Positions 9,630-18,859 of a stretch of DNA of 64,000 bases are shown one piece after another. The notes under the pieces were generated by a model. That model did not search any database and was not told the origin of the DNA. It saw only the letters and a program-made list of their open reading frames with translations. The first letter of the stretch is position 1. Every line of letters starts with the position of its first letter. The translations under genes were made by a program, and so were the position numbers. The stretch comes from a virus, in IMG/VR virus record IMGVR_UViG_3300005327_000002, positions 1 through 64,000 of that record. The stretch is one strand, 5' to 3'.

Positions 9630-10748
9630 ATGGAGGAGACGAAGGCGCCGCCCCGGCAGACCCGGGTGTGGCGTGATCCGCTGAACCTGGCGGCGGTCGT
9701 GATCGCGGCCGTAGTGATCGTGGTGGGTATCCACAACACCGGCGGGGCCATCGGCTACTGGAACGCGATGGGCCTGGCGGCTGGCACGGAGCTGTTCGTG
9801 GGTATCGCGGGCGCGGCCAGCGTCACGGCGGCCCGCAACGGGACCACGGCGCTGGCGGCGCGCCGGATCATGTGGTCCATGCCGCTGGCGGCGGTGGTCG
9901 CCAACGTGGCGATCTACGCCGGGCGGCCGGACTTCCACTGGGCGCAGGCGATGATCAACGCGCTTCCGGCGGCCACCAGCTGCGCCGCGCTGGAGCTGAT
10001 CGCCTACCGCAAGCGCCTGGACATCGCGGCGGAGGACGGCCTGCCGGGCCTGCGCCGATCGGCGGCCGTCGACATCGAGCGGCGCACGATCGCCGACCGG
10101 TTGTCGGCGGACCAGCGGGACCGGGACCGGCGCCTGCAGCTGCGGGAGGCGGAGCTTTTCTTCTGGATCGCCCGGTATGAACGTAAGCGCGGCCCGTCGA
10201 AGTGGTGGGCGGAGCACCGGGTGTGGGGGCTGCTGCGCAGCGCCGCCCTGGACGACCCGGCCCGCACGCAGATGATGTCCGCGACGGTGGACGGCGCGCT
10301 GCGCACGTGGATCAAGGGCAACGGCGGGGCGGGCGCGCTGTCCCGCTTCGCGTCCGTGGCGGAGGTGCCCGGACAGCCGCCGGTGCTGCCGCCGTCCGAG
10401 GCGGACACGGGGGAGGACACCGGGCCGATCTACCTGTCCGACCCGGATGACACCGTCCCGGACAACCCCCCGGACAACGCGGACACGGACGATGAATCCG
10501 CAGGTCAGGCCCCGGACGGCGGGGAGGACAACGCGGACCAGGACCAGGACGTCCCGGACCTGGTCCCCACCGACTGGGACGACCTGATCCCCCTGGAACC
10601 GGGTGCGGCGGAGGCCGTCCAGACGCTCCTGGACCGGGGCCTGTCCGGCCCGGACATCACCCGGATTCTGACCGACCTCCGGCCGAACTGGGACAAGGCG
10701 ACGATCAAGCGCACCGTCCGCCGCAAGACGGCCGCCCAGAAGTCCTGA
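9630..10748 (+). CDS. Spd-like / DUF2637-like plasmid spread membrane protein with C-terminal HTH
   Basis: Four TM segments, acidic low-complexity linker, C-terminal GLSGPDITRIL...WDKATIKRTVR; SD GGAAGGAAG. Confidence 0.65.
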   Translation: MEETKAPPRQTRVWRDPLNLAAVVIAAVVIVVGIHNTGGAIGYWNAMGLAAGTELFVGIAGAASVTAARNGTTALAARRIMWSMPLAAVVANVAIYAGRPDFHWAQAMINALPAATSCAALELIAYRKRLDIAAEDGLPGLRRSAAVDIERRTIADRLSADQRDRDRRLQLREAELFFWIARYERKRGPSKWWAEHRVWGLLRSAALDDPARTQMMSATVDGALRTWIKGNGGAGALSRFASVAEVPGQPPVLPPSEADTGEDTGPIYLSDPDDTVPDNPPDNADTDDESAGQAPDGGEDNADQDQDVPDLVPTDWDDLIPLEPGAAEAVQTLLDRGLSGPDITRILTDLRPNWDKATIKRTVRRKTAAQKS

Positions 10749-10846
10749 CGCTTCCCGGCGCCTCCGGCCAGCACCCGCTGTCCGGCGGCGTCGGAGCCCG
10801 CCAGGGCCCACGAAGAACGCCCCACCGAGACGATTGGAACCCGTCG

Positions 10847-11329
10847 ATGGAGCGCAACGACCAGTCTCCCCTGCCCCTGGACTTCACCGTCCCCGACACC
10901 CCGGCGGCCCTGGACGGGCTGCTGGACCGCATCCCGCCGGGCGTCACCCCGGTGGACGTGCGCCGGATCATCGCGGAGACGCTGGCCAGCCTGCCCCCGC
11001 AGGCGCCCGCCTCTCTGCCCGGACCGTCCCCGGCACCGGCTGCCGACGCCCGCCCGCGCCGCCTCCCCGCGTGGCCGACCACCTGGACGAAGCCCGCCGC
11101 GCTGGGCACCGCCGCGCTGGGGGGCCTGTACGGCGGGACCGCCGCCGTGTCCGCCGCCACCGGCCTGGGCCTGGCGCCCTCCTTCGGCCTGCTGGTCGGC
11201 GTCCCGGCCGCCGGGATCGCCTGGTGGAAGGGCCGGGGCTGGGGCTCCGGCGGCAGCGCCGACGGCCAGCAGTCCACCGCCTGCACCACCACCGTGACCA
11301 CGACCACCACCGTCACCCACCAGCACTGA
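10847..11329 (+). CDS. Membrane protein of transfer/spread region
   Basis: Pro-rich N-terminus, two TM segments, Thr-rich tail. Confidence 0.6.
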   Translation: MERNDQSPLPLDFTVPDTPAALDGLLDRIPPGVTPVDVRRIIAETLASLPPQAPASLPGPSPAPAADARPRRLPAWPTTWTKPAALGTAALGGLYGGTAAVSAATGLGLAPSFGLLVGVPAAGIAWWKGRGWGSGGSADGQQSTACTTTVTTTTTVTHQH

Positions 11330-11344
11330 AAGGACTCCCCGGCC

Positions 11345-11890
11345 ATGACCCAGCAGCAGGAGCCGCCCGTCTTCGGCGGCACGGTGGAGGAGACCCTGCA
11401 GTCCCTGCCGCCGTACATCGCGCACTACGTGCTGAACGTGGGCCGCGACGCCCACCGCATGCAGTCCCAGCTCCACGGCCTGCGGGCGCAGCTGGCCTCC
11501 ACGCACTTCGACCACGACACCCCGGTGGCCCGCCTGGTGCGGGCCCGCCGCCTGGTGCGGCTGTTCGCGCAGGCGGAGCGCGGCCTGCAGGACTCCGTGA
11601 AGGCGCTGGAGAAGTTCCAGGCGGCCTACGTCGCGGAGATGGTCGCCAAGCCCCAGCAGCGGACCGCGAAGGCCCTGGACAAGGCCACCCGGAAGGAGGC
11701 GCAGCAGCTGGAGCGGAAGGTGCGCAACGCGGCGCTGGCGGCCTCCCTGCAGCAGGCCGCGCAGGAGGCGCAGGACGCCGGGTCGGTGTACCAGGCGCCG
11801 GAGCCGAAGGTCCCGGCGCAGGGCGCGGCGGACCGTCCCCGGTCGGTGTCGGAGACGCTGGCGGACCTCCTGAAGAAGCAGACCGCGTGA
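11345..11890 (+). CDS. Coiled-coil protein of transfer region
   Basis: SD AAAGGA; helical composition. Confidence 0.7.
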   Translation: MTQQQEPPVFGGTVEETLQSLPPYIAHYVLNVGRDAHRMQSQLHGLRAQLASTHFDHDTPVARLVRARRLVRLFAQAERGLQDSVKALEKFQAAYVAEMVAKPQQRTAKALDKATRKEAQQLERKVRNAALAASLQQAAQEAQDAGSVYQAPEPKVPAQGAADRPRSVSETLADLLKKQTA

Positions 11891-12069
11891 GCGGCCAGCA
11901 GTCCCCGGCGCGGGGCGGTCAGCGGTTCTGGCAGGAGCGTTTCGACGCCGTGAAGGACGACGCCGGGTACCTGCGGGTGGTCCTGCAGTGGGCGCTTCGA
12001 CAGGCGAAGGCGAAGGACCGTCGGCGGGAGCTGGCGGAGTACATCCGGGCCTGGCCGCACTTCAAGTGA
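11887..12069 (+). CDS. Small hypothetical protein (60 aa)
   Basis: GTGA overlap with upstream stop. Confidence 0.5.
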   Translation: MSGQQSPARGGQRFWQERFDAVKDDAGYLRVVLQWALRQAKAKDRRRELAEYIRAWPHFK

Positions 12070-12174
12070 CCGCTACGCAGCGTCACCAATTCATCTTCAT
12101 CATGGGCCCCCGTCGGACGACCGGCGGGGGCCCACCGTATACGCGCGTGCATACGCGCGAGGAGGTGACCGGCT

Positions 12175-14109
12175 GTGTCCGGTGATGTGATCGAGTTCCC
12201 CGGCGGCGCGGCGCCGCCGGAGGCCGCCTGGACCCCTCCCGTGGACGGCCGGGACATGCCGTGGTGGAGCAGTGACAGCTCCTCCGCGCTGCGCCTGGAG
12301 TCGCCCCCGGCGAGCACTCCGGCCCCCGGGTCGGCGGCGGTCCCGGCGACGTTCGCGGCCCCTGCGCCGCCCGCCGGTGCGGCTGGTTCGGCGGGGGTGG
12401 GCGGGGCGGAGACGGTGGCCGTGTCGGTCTCCGCGCTGGCCGCGCTGACGGTGGCGACGGTGGGGGCGCTGGTGTCCGTCACCGCGTCGCTGGCGGAGCG
12501 GGCGGCGGCCTGGCGCAAGGGCGGCGAGAAGCCCGGCACGGGGGGCCTCACGGGCTCCGGCGGCGGGTCTTCCGGCGTCCCGGGCGGGGGCAGCCGGGGC
12601 GGAGGTTCTGGCGGAGGCCCTGGAGGGCTTTCTGGCGGCCGTGGAGGGCCCGGCGGGTCCCAGTCGGCGCAGCAGGGCTCGGGAGGGCGTCAGGGGCCGC
12701 CTGGAGGGCCGCAGGACCGCCAGCGCGACCGGCGCCAGGGTGGTGGAAACGACCGTCCCGGCGGGCCGCACTCCCCCGGCAGCCCGGGCCCGGGGCGGGG
12801 TGGACAGGACCCGCACAAGGGCGGGAAGGGTCCCGCCCCGGCCACTGGCGGTACGTCCGGCGGGGGCGGACAGGCCCCCGGGGCGAAGGCGTCCGGGGGC
12901 GGACACGGCAGCCGGACAGGGGCGGACAAGGGCGCGGACAAGCCGCCCGCGAAGACCCCGGACAAGGCGGACAAGGGGGCGGACAAGACCACCACCGCCA
13001 AGGGCGCCAAGCCCGACACCGCCGCCGCCCCGGACAAGGCGTCCGCCCCGAAGGACCGCAGCTCAGCAGGCGCCGGGGGCAAGTCGCCCGGCAAGGGCGC
13101 GGACAAGGCGCCGTCCGGGCCGGACATGTCCAAGGACCCGTCCGCGAAGGGCGCGGACAAGACCGCGTCCGCCTCGGGCGCGGGGGCGGACACGGGGGCG
13201 GACAAGCCGGACAGCCTGGCGGACGCCCTGGGCGCCCCGACCGGTCCGGGGGCGGACAAGGCCTCCTCCGGGGCGGACACGGGGGCGGACGGGCCCGCGC
13301 CGTCCACCGATCCGTCTGCCGATCCGGGCGGCACCCCCGGCGCCGACGCGGGCGCGGAGGACGACGCCGACGCGGAGGAGCCGGAGGAGGACCGGCGGGA
13401 GCACTTCCGCTTCTCCTACGCGGAGTGGAAGCGCCAGAAGGCGGAGGAGCAGGCGCGCCTGAAGGCGGAGTGGGAGGGCCGCCGGGAGCAGGAGGAGAAG
13501 GAGAGGGCGACGGGCTGGGCCGGGGTGCCGACCACGGAGCACTGGGTGTCGGAGCGCACCGACCGGCCGAAGGGGCCGCGCACCCCGGTGGCCGCCGTCC
13601 GGCCCGCCGCGAAAGTTGAGCGACCGGGACTCAACCCGGGGACAGGAGCAGCACCCATGACCGTGCCCGTCACCACCGGCCCGGGTGTCCAGATCCACCT
13701 GCGCGCCAGCGGGGCCGACCTGGAGCCCGACCAGGTCACCGACATCAGCGCCGTGGAGGCGGTGCGCCGCTACGGCGCGCTGGCCGCCGAGATCGGCAAC
13801 GACAACGACCGCGCAGGCGAGCTGGAGGAGGAGCTGATCAAGCTGGGAGACCGCCTGGACGACTTCCGCCGCCAGCTGAAGCGGCAGAACGTCAAGGGCC
13901 GGACGCAGCGCAGGGCCAAACGGCTGCGCGACCGGGCCGCTGACGCGGCGGCGCTGGCTGCAGAGCTGTACGCCTCCGCCACCGACGGCTGGGAGCAGGC
14001 CCTGGAGACCCAGGCCTACCTGGAGGACCACTACGTGCCGGTCACCGACACCACGGCCGACATGGGCCTGACCACCCCGTCCACCCGCGAACACAACCAG
14101 GAGGGCTGA
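12175..14109 (+). CDS. Transfer-region protein: TM segment, Gly/ADK-repeat low-complexity region, C-terminal coiled coil (possible internal start 13657)
   Basis: SD GGAGGTG; located in operon with TraB-like gene. Confidence 0.65.
   Translation: MSGDVIEFPGGAAPPEAAWTPPVDGRDMPWWSSDSSSALRLESPPASTPAPGSAAVPATFAAPAPPAGAAGSAGVGGAETVAVSVSALAALTVATVGALVSVTASLAERAAAWRKGGEKPGTGGLTGSGGGSSGVPGGGSRGGGSGGGPGGLSGGRGGPGGSQSAQQGSGGRQGPPGGPQDRQRDRRQGGGNDRPGGPHSPGSPGPGRGGQDPHKGGKGPAPATGGTSGGGGQAPGAKASGGGHGSRTGADKGADKPPAKTPDKADKGADKTTTAKGAKPDTAAAPDKASAPKDRSSAGAGGKSPGKGADKAPSGPDMSKDPSAKGADKTASASGAGADTGADKPDSLADALGAPTGPGADKASSGADTGADGPAPSTDPSADPGGTPGADAGAEDDADAEEPEEDRREHFRFSYAEWKRQKAEEQARLKAEWEGRREQEEKERATGWAGVPTTEHWVSERTDRPKGPRTPVAAVRPAAKVERPGLNPGTGAAPMTVPVTTGPGVQIHLRASGADLEPDQVTDISAVEAVRRYGALAAEIGNDNDRAGELEEELIKLGDRLDDFRRQLKRQNVKGRTQRRAKRLRDRAADAAALAAELYASATDGWEQALETQAYLEDHYVPVTDTTADMGLTTPSTREHNQEG
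12860..13290 (+). repeat. Cluster of about 16-17 direct (G/C)CGGACA repeats; candidate clt / TraB recognition sequences
   Basis: Counted by eye; same orientation; occur in all three reading frames. Confidence 0.55.
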
Positions 14110-14112
14110 CCG

Positions 14113-14583
14113 ATGGCGAAGGACCTGATCCCCCGGGGTGACGGGAAGAAGCCGAAGAAGACGGCGGGCGAATGGATGGTGGACGCGGTGGTGGACACCG
14201 CCGTGGCCGCCGCCGGTGCCGTCAACTACGTCAACACCCAGGCCGCGATGCTCGCCCTGTCGGCCAAGTTGCGCGTCACCGTGGCCCGGGTGGAGGCCCT
14301 GCAGCGCCGCAAGCGCGCCCGGGCGCAGCAGGCCACCCGGGTGCACGGCCTGCTGGAGCGGGCCGGGGTCAGCGGGGAGGGCCTGGCCCGGGCGCAGGAG
14401 ACCGCCGACGCCATGGCCGCCCACGCCCAGGCCTGCGACGAACTGGCCGCCGAACTGGCCGGTGTGGCGCGGGACGCCCAGGCGGTGCAGCAGACGCACC
14501 AGGCCGAATACGGCCCGATCAAAGAGACGGTCGACGCAATGGGCGTCGACCAGGCCCGCGCCGGGTTCTACGAGACGAAGTAG
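14113..14583 (+). CDS. Helical transfer-region protein (TraA-like position)
   Basis: SD GGAGGG; immediately precedes TraB-like gene. Confidence 0.65.
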   Translation: MAKDLIPRGDGKKPKKTAGEWMVDAVVDTAVAAAGAVNYVNTQAAMLALSAKLRVTVARVEALQRRKRARAQQATRVHGLLERAGVSGEGLARAQETADAMAAHAQACDELAAELAGVARDAQAVQQTHQAEYGPIKETVDAMGVDQARAGFYETK

Positions 14584-14596
14584 GAGGGGAACGCAG

Positions 14597-16792
14597 ATGC
14601 ACGCCCGATGGATCATCGCCCCCGCTGCCGCCGTGGTGCTGTGCGCCACCGGCAGCCCCGCCACCGCCCTGGTCGCCGGAGGAACCGGCGTGCTGGTCGG
14701 CGCCGGACTGCTGAAGACCGACTGGAGCAAGCTGGCCCACCGCACCCTGGAGTGGACCCGCCGGGGCCTGTGCGTGATCACCGGCTGCGCCCTGCACGCC
14801 TTCGCCGCGACCGGCCACCTGGAGAGCCCCGGCCTGTGGGCCGCCGGGGCCGCCTGGGCGGCGGGGTCCATGTTCCTGTGGCCCCGCCGGTCGCGGGCGC
14901 CGCGCCTGTCCCGCCAGGTCGTCCTGCCGCTGCCCGCGCCCCGGGTGGAGGCCATCGACCCGGAGGCCGACCGGCGGCGCACCTTCGAGATGGCCCCGGC
15001 GGCGTGGGCCGCCGACCCCCGGCAGGCCTGGAACCTGGCCATCGCCCGGGAGGCCGCCCCCGGGGTGACCATGCTGGAGTACACCGCCGGGGAGGACGGC
15101 GCCTTCACCGCCGTGCTGCACGCCGGGCACGGCCAGCCGATGCCGCACCTGGACCTGCGCAAGGTGGAGGCGATGGCGGGGCTGCCCGCCAAGTCCCTGG
15201 AGCTGGAGCCGGTGGAGGGCGCCAGCCCGTCCTACGGGCGGCTGCGCTCCTGGGGCTCCGGAGCGGCCTCCGACGGGTACGGCAGCGACCTGGAGCGGGA
15301 CTGGGCCCGGCTGGTGGCCGGTGCGGGCGGTCCGGCGCCCGGCACCCGGGTGCGGACCGTGCGCCGGGCCGACAACGGCGTGCGGGTGCTGATCGAGCGC
15401 AACGACGGGGAGCCGCTGTCGGTCGACGTCGCCCGGCTGGCCACGAAGCTGGGCCTGGGGGAGACACCGGAGCTGCTGGTGGTCGACAAGCGCAACGTCT
15501 CCGCCGTGGTGTCGATCTACGACCGGGACCCGCTGGCGTCTATGCCCAACGCGGCGCTGGAGCTGCTGCAGTGCAACGACGCCGGGGAGGTGACCCTGGG
15601 CCTGACCCACGACGGGAAGCCCGGCCGGATCAAGCTGATCGATCCGAAGCGCGGCGCAGTCCACTCCTTCGTCGTGGGCATGACCGGGTCCGGGAAGTCG
15701 CAGCTGGCCCTGCTGTGCGTGATCGCGGAGCGGGTCAACGGCATCGCCTCCCGGGTCCTGGACTGCGGCGGCGCCGGGATGCCGGAGCTGGAGGGCCGGG
15801 TGCCGTACTTCAAGGGCGTGCCCGCCGTCCTGCAGGAGCTGCAGCGCCTGACCCGGGAGGCCGCCTGGCGCAAACAGGAGCTGGCCCGCCTGGGCGTGGG
15901 TTCGATCGCCGACCTGGCGCCGGAGGACCAGCCCTTCCCGTACCTGAACGTCAGCATCGATGAGTTCAACGCGCTCTCCCGCTGGCCGGACGCCAAGGCC
16001 CGCAAGCGCGCCCGCGCGATCTGCGAGACGGCCGTCTCGGAGTGGCGCAAGCTCGGCATCGGCTTCCGCATCCTGGGCCAGTCGCTCCTGCTGGCCGACA
16101 TGCTGGGCTCCAACGTCCTGCGGGAGCAGGGCCGCTCCGGCGGCGGCGTCATGCTGCGGGTCGCCTCCGACATGACCGCCCGCAAGTCGCTGGAAGGCCT
16201 GGTGGACGACACGGACACGATCGTCAACGTCCCGCCGTACGTGCTGCGCCCCCTCACGGAGGAGGAGCTGCTGGCCGGGGCGGAGGAGGAGAAGCAGCCG
16301 ACCTACGGCGCCGGGTACGTCCTGGACGGCGCCCGGGCGCTGAAGTTCCGGGCGCTGAACGTCTCCCCGAAGATCATCACCGGGATGCTGGACGCCACCC
16401 ACGAAGTGCTCACCGGGGACGGCTGGCAGGGCGTGGAGGGCATGCCCGTCCCGGCTGCCAAGGGCGACGCTGACGACGAAGACGGGGACGACGACTACGG
16501 GGACGGGGAGGACTGGGCCGACGACGCGGACGACGATGCGGACGACCCGCAGGAGGAGGCGGACGGACCGGCCACCGTGGCGGACGTCATCCTGCGGGTG
16601 CTGGCCGACACGGACGACCCCATGCAGACCGCCGACATCGTCTCCGCCGTCCGGGCGCGCCTTGACGTCGGATCGGGGGCCGTGCAGAACAAGATCAGCG
16701 ACATGGCCCGCTCCGGGGAGATCGCCCGCCTCAAGCGCGGCCTGTACCGGCTGGCGAGCGTCTCGGGAGGTTCGAGTGGCGACGACGACTGA
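14597..16792 (+). CDS. traB: TraB-like FtsK/SpoIIIE DNA translocase (conjugative transfer)
   Basis: N-terminal TM helices, Walker A GMTGSGKS, Walker B VSIDE, acidic linker, C-terminal winged helix (...GEIARLKRGLYRL); SD AGGAGG. Confidence 0.8.
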   Translation: MHARWIIAPAAAVVLCATGSPATALVAGGTGVLVGAGLLKTDWSKLAHRTLEWTRRGLCVITGCALHAFAATGHLESPGLWAAGAAWAAGSMFLWPRRSRAPRLSRQVVLPLPAPRVEAIDPEADRRRTFEMAPAAWAADPRQAWNLAIAREAAPGVTMLEYTAGEDGAFTAVLHAGHGQPMPHLDLRKVEAMAGLPAKSLELEPVEGASPSYGRLRSWGSGAASDGYGSDLERDWARLVAGAGGPAPGTRVRTVRRADNGVRVLIERNDGEPLSVDVARLATKLGLGETPELLVVDKRNVSAVVSIYDRDPLASMPNAALELLQCNDAGEVTLGLTHDGKPGRIKLIDPKRGAVHSFVVGMTGSGKSQLALLCVIAERVNGIASRVLDCGGAGMPELEGRVPYFKGVPAVLQELQRLTREAAWRKQELARLGVGSIADLAPEDQPFPYLNVSIDEFNALSRWPDAKARKRARAICETAVSEWRKLGIGFRILGQSLLLADMLGSNVLREQGRSGGGVMLRVASDMTARKSLEGLVDDTDTIVNVPPYVLRPLTEEELLAGAEEEKQPTYGAGYVLDGARALKFRALNVSPKIITGMLDATHEVLTGDGWQGVEGMPVPAAKGDADDEDGDDDYGDGEDWADDADDDADDPQEEADGPATVADVILRVLADTDDPMQTADIVSAVRARLDVGSGAVQNKISDMARSGEIARLKRGLYRLASVSGGSSGDDD

Positions 16793-17036
16793 CAGGGCCT
16801 CCGGCGGGGGCTCCGACCGGTCCCACCGCCTGGCCCAGGTCCACCTGTCCTGGGTGCCGCCGACCACCGAAGTGGCCGCGTGCATCGGTGACACCCGCTT
16901 CGATGCCCAGATCGACGGGCGCGTTCCCTCCGGCCAGCTGCAGGCCCGCCTGCCGCAGGGCCTGCGCAAGGATCTGGCCCAGGTGTGCGCGGGGTGCCGT
17001 GTCAGCACGTGCCAGTGGCGGGTACAGTCGGCGTAG
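16776..17036 (+). CDS. Small four-Cys protein, WhiB-like spacing
   Basis: SD GGAGG + GTG; AAC...VCAGCRVSTC. Confidence 0.45.
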   Translation: MATTTDRASGGGSDRSHRLAQVHLSWVPPTTEVAACIGDTRFDAQIDGRVPSGQLQARLPQGLRKDLAQVCAGCRVSTCQWRVQSA

Positions 17037-17071
17037 TCGGTAGTTCGGTCGAAGCGGAGGCCGCCCCGGGG

Positions 17072-17326
17072 TCACAACCCCAGGGCGGCCTTTCGCTTGT
17101 CCCGCTTCTGCCGGGCCCGGGCCGCCGACGTGGAGACCGCCGCACCCAGCCGGGCCAGGCAGGCCGGACCGGCGCCGGTCAGCTGGGAGTCCCGGGTGCG
17201 CAGCACGTGGCGGCAGTAGCGGCAGGTGCGGCGCGGGCCCAGGGCGGAGTTCCAGTCGTCCAGGGACACGCCGATGTCCTCCGGGCCGAACAGGGTGTCC
17301 ATCTCGGTGGTGTGGTCGTGCTGCAC
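17072..17326 (-). CDS. DUF6011-like zinc-finger protein
   Basis: CRYCRHVLRTRDSQLTGAGPAC motif; SD GGAGGA. Confidence 0.65.
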   Translation of the reverse strand: MQHDHTTEMDTLFGPEDIGVSLDDWNSALGPRRTCRYCRHVLRTRDSQLTGAGPACLARLGAAVSTSAARARQKRDKRKAALGL

Positions 17327-17445
17327 GGGTCCTCCCCAGGGCGTGCTGGCGGCTGCTGGGGACCAGATTCGCACGGGGCGCCGTCGGCGGGCAGGTGCGC
17401 CGCCGATCCCGGGCCGCTGTCAGACCCTTGCCCTAGCGTCCAACC

Positions 17446-17724
17446 ATGGTGCGCAACTGGCGAGTTATGGCCGTGGTGACCGGCCACGAGACGAGACCCA
17501 TCCTGCGCGGGGACGTGCAGGCGCCGACCGCCCAGGAGGCCCTGGAGGCCGTCCTGCCGGACGTGGAGGAGATGGTGACCGGCGCCATGGCCTGGGTCGG
17601 CCTGGAGGGCTCCCTGGAGTACACCGTGGCGATCCTGGAGCCCGGCTTCCGGGCCGGGGACAAGGCAGCCGCCCATCGGCGGGTGCGGACGGTGATGCTC
17701 CTGGAGGACCCGCTGGCGGCGTGA
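17446..17724 (+). CDS. Hypothetical protein
   Basis: GC3-biased ORF followed by hairpin at 17734-17769. Confidence 0.55.
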   Translation: MVRNWRVMAVVTGHETRPILRGDVQAPTAQEALEAVLPDVEEMVTGAMAWVGLEGSLEYTVAILEPGFRAGDKAAAHRRVRTVMLLEDPLAA

Positions 17725-17778
17725 GGACATGGAAGGGCCCGTCCCCCGGGGAAGTGGGGGACGGGCCCTGACCCTTTC

Positions 17779-18021
17779 TCAGGAAGGTTCGCGGGGCGGG
17801 TAGATCGGGGCGCCCTGCGGTTCCGGTGGACCGGGCCGCACGTGCACTCCTCCCCCGCCGCCGCTGCCGTGGTCGTCCGGCGCACGCCGTGGCGGCCTGT
17901 GCTGCTGGCCCTTCACGAACTGCGCGACGACCGCACGCAGCGCCGTGTAGACCAGCACCGCCACCCCCAGGCTGATCCCCAGCGCCAAGCCGGAGATCAG
18001 CAGGGACAGGGAGCCTTCCAT
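17779..18021 (-). CDS. Small single-TM protein
   Basis: Hydrophobic N-terminus. Confidence 0.45.
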   Translation of the reverse strand: MEGSLSLLISGLALGISLGVAVLVYTALRAVVAQFVKGQQHRPPRRAPDDHGSGGGGGVHVRPGPPEPQGAPIYPPREPS

Positions 18022-18091
18022 CCGTCGATCATCCGATGATCAGCGCGCCGGAACGGGGAGCGTCCCCCGTGTGGCGCAGCGGTTCACCCGG

Positions 18092-18859
18092 CTAGTCCAG
18101 CAGCTCCGCCTCCATCGCGGGGCCCAGCTGCGCCCGGCCGCTGGCGGCGTCCAGGCGGACGGCGGAGGCCTGGACGACGGGCAGCGGGGGCAGGCGCTCC
18201 GTGGAGGTGGGAACCCAGCCCTCCAGGGAGCGGACCGCGCACTTCAGCCACATCTGGTCCTCCCAGCGCTGCCACGGGGACTTCGGGTTCTGCCAGCCCG
18301 CCGACATGGCGCGGCGCTTGTGTACGTCCCGCTTGTTGAGCACCACGACGCGGGACAGGCCGCCGGAGGCCAGCTGGGCGTAGGCGTAGACCTTGACCAG
18401 CTCCCCGGGGTCGTCGTCCCCGTCGTAGGGGGTGTGGTCCGGGACGGCGCCCAGGGCGGGCTTGTAGCTGAACCGGTCGCGGGCGTGGACCACCTCCGCG
18501 ATCACGGCCAGCACGGCGCCGGAGTTGAAGATCCGGGAGACGATGCCCTTCCAGGACTCCGACCCGCGCACCTCCGACCCCTGGGGGATCAGGTAGAAGC
18601 GGTCCGTCCCGGGTTCGTGGCCCAGCCGGGCGGCCTCCATCAGCGCGGAGGCGAAGCTGACCGGGTTGCGGGCGGCGCACGCGGCCAGGTCCTCATTGCG
18701 GCGCAGCAGGCCCTGGGCCAGGCGCATCCACGTCTCCGGCCGGACGTGGGTGGGCAGGACGCTGGCGAAGTCGTCGGCGTAGGTGGTGATCATCTGGGAG
18801 GCCGGGTTCTCCCGGCGGGCCAGGGCGCCGCCCACGCTGCGGTCGGGGCTGGTGGTCAT
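18092..18859 (-). CDS. recT: RecT-family single-strand annealing protein
   Basis: VLPTH..PE...R.A...LRRN..LA.C..PVSF..ALM.AARLG.EPG...YLIP, W...DQMWLK.AVR; adjacent to YqaJ. Confidence 0.88.
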   Translation of the reverse strand: MTTSPDRSVGGALARRENPASQMITTYADDFASVLPTHVRPETWMRLAQGLLRRNEDLAACAARNPVSFASALMEAARLGHEPGTDRFYLIPQGSEVRGSESWKGIVSRIFNSGAVLAVIAEVVHARDRFSYKPALGAVPDHTPYDGDDDPGELVKVYAYAQLASGGLSRVVVLNKRDVHKRRAMSAGWQNPKSPWQRWEDQMWLKCAVRSLEGWVPTSTERLPPLPVVQASAVRLDAASGRAQLGPAMEAELLD

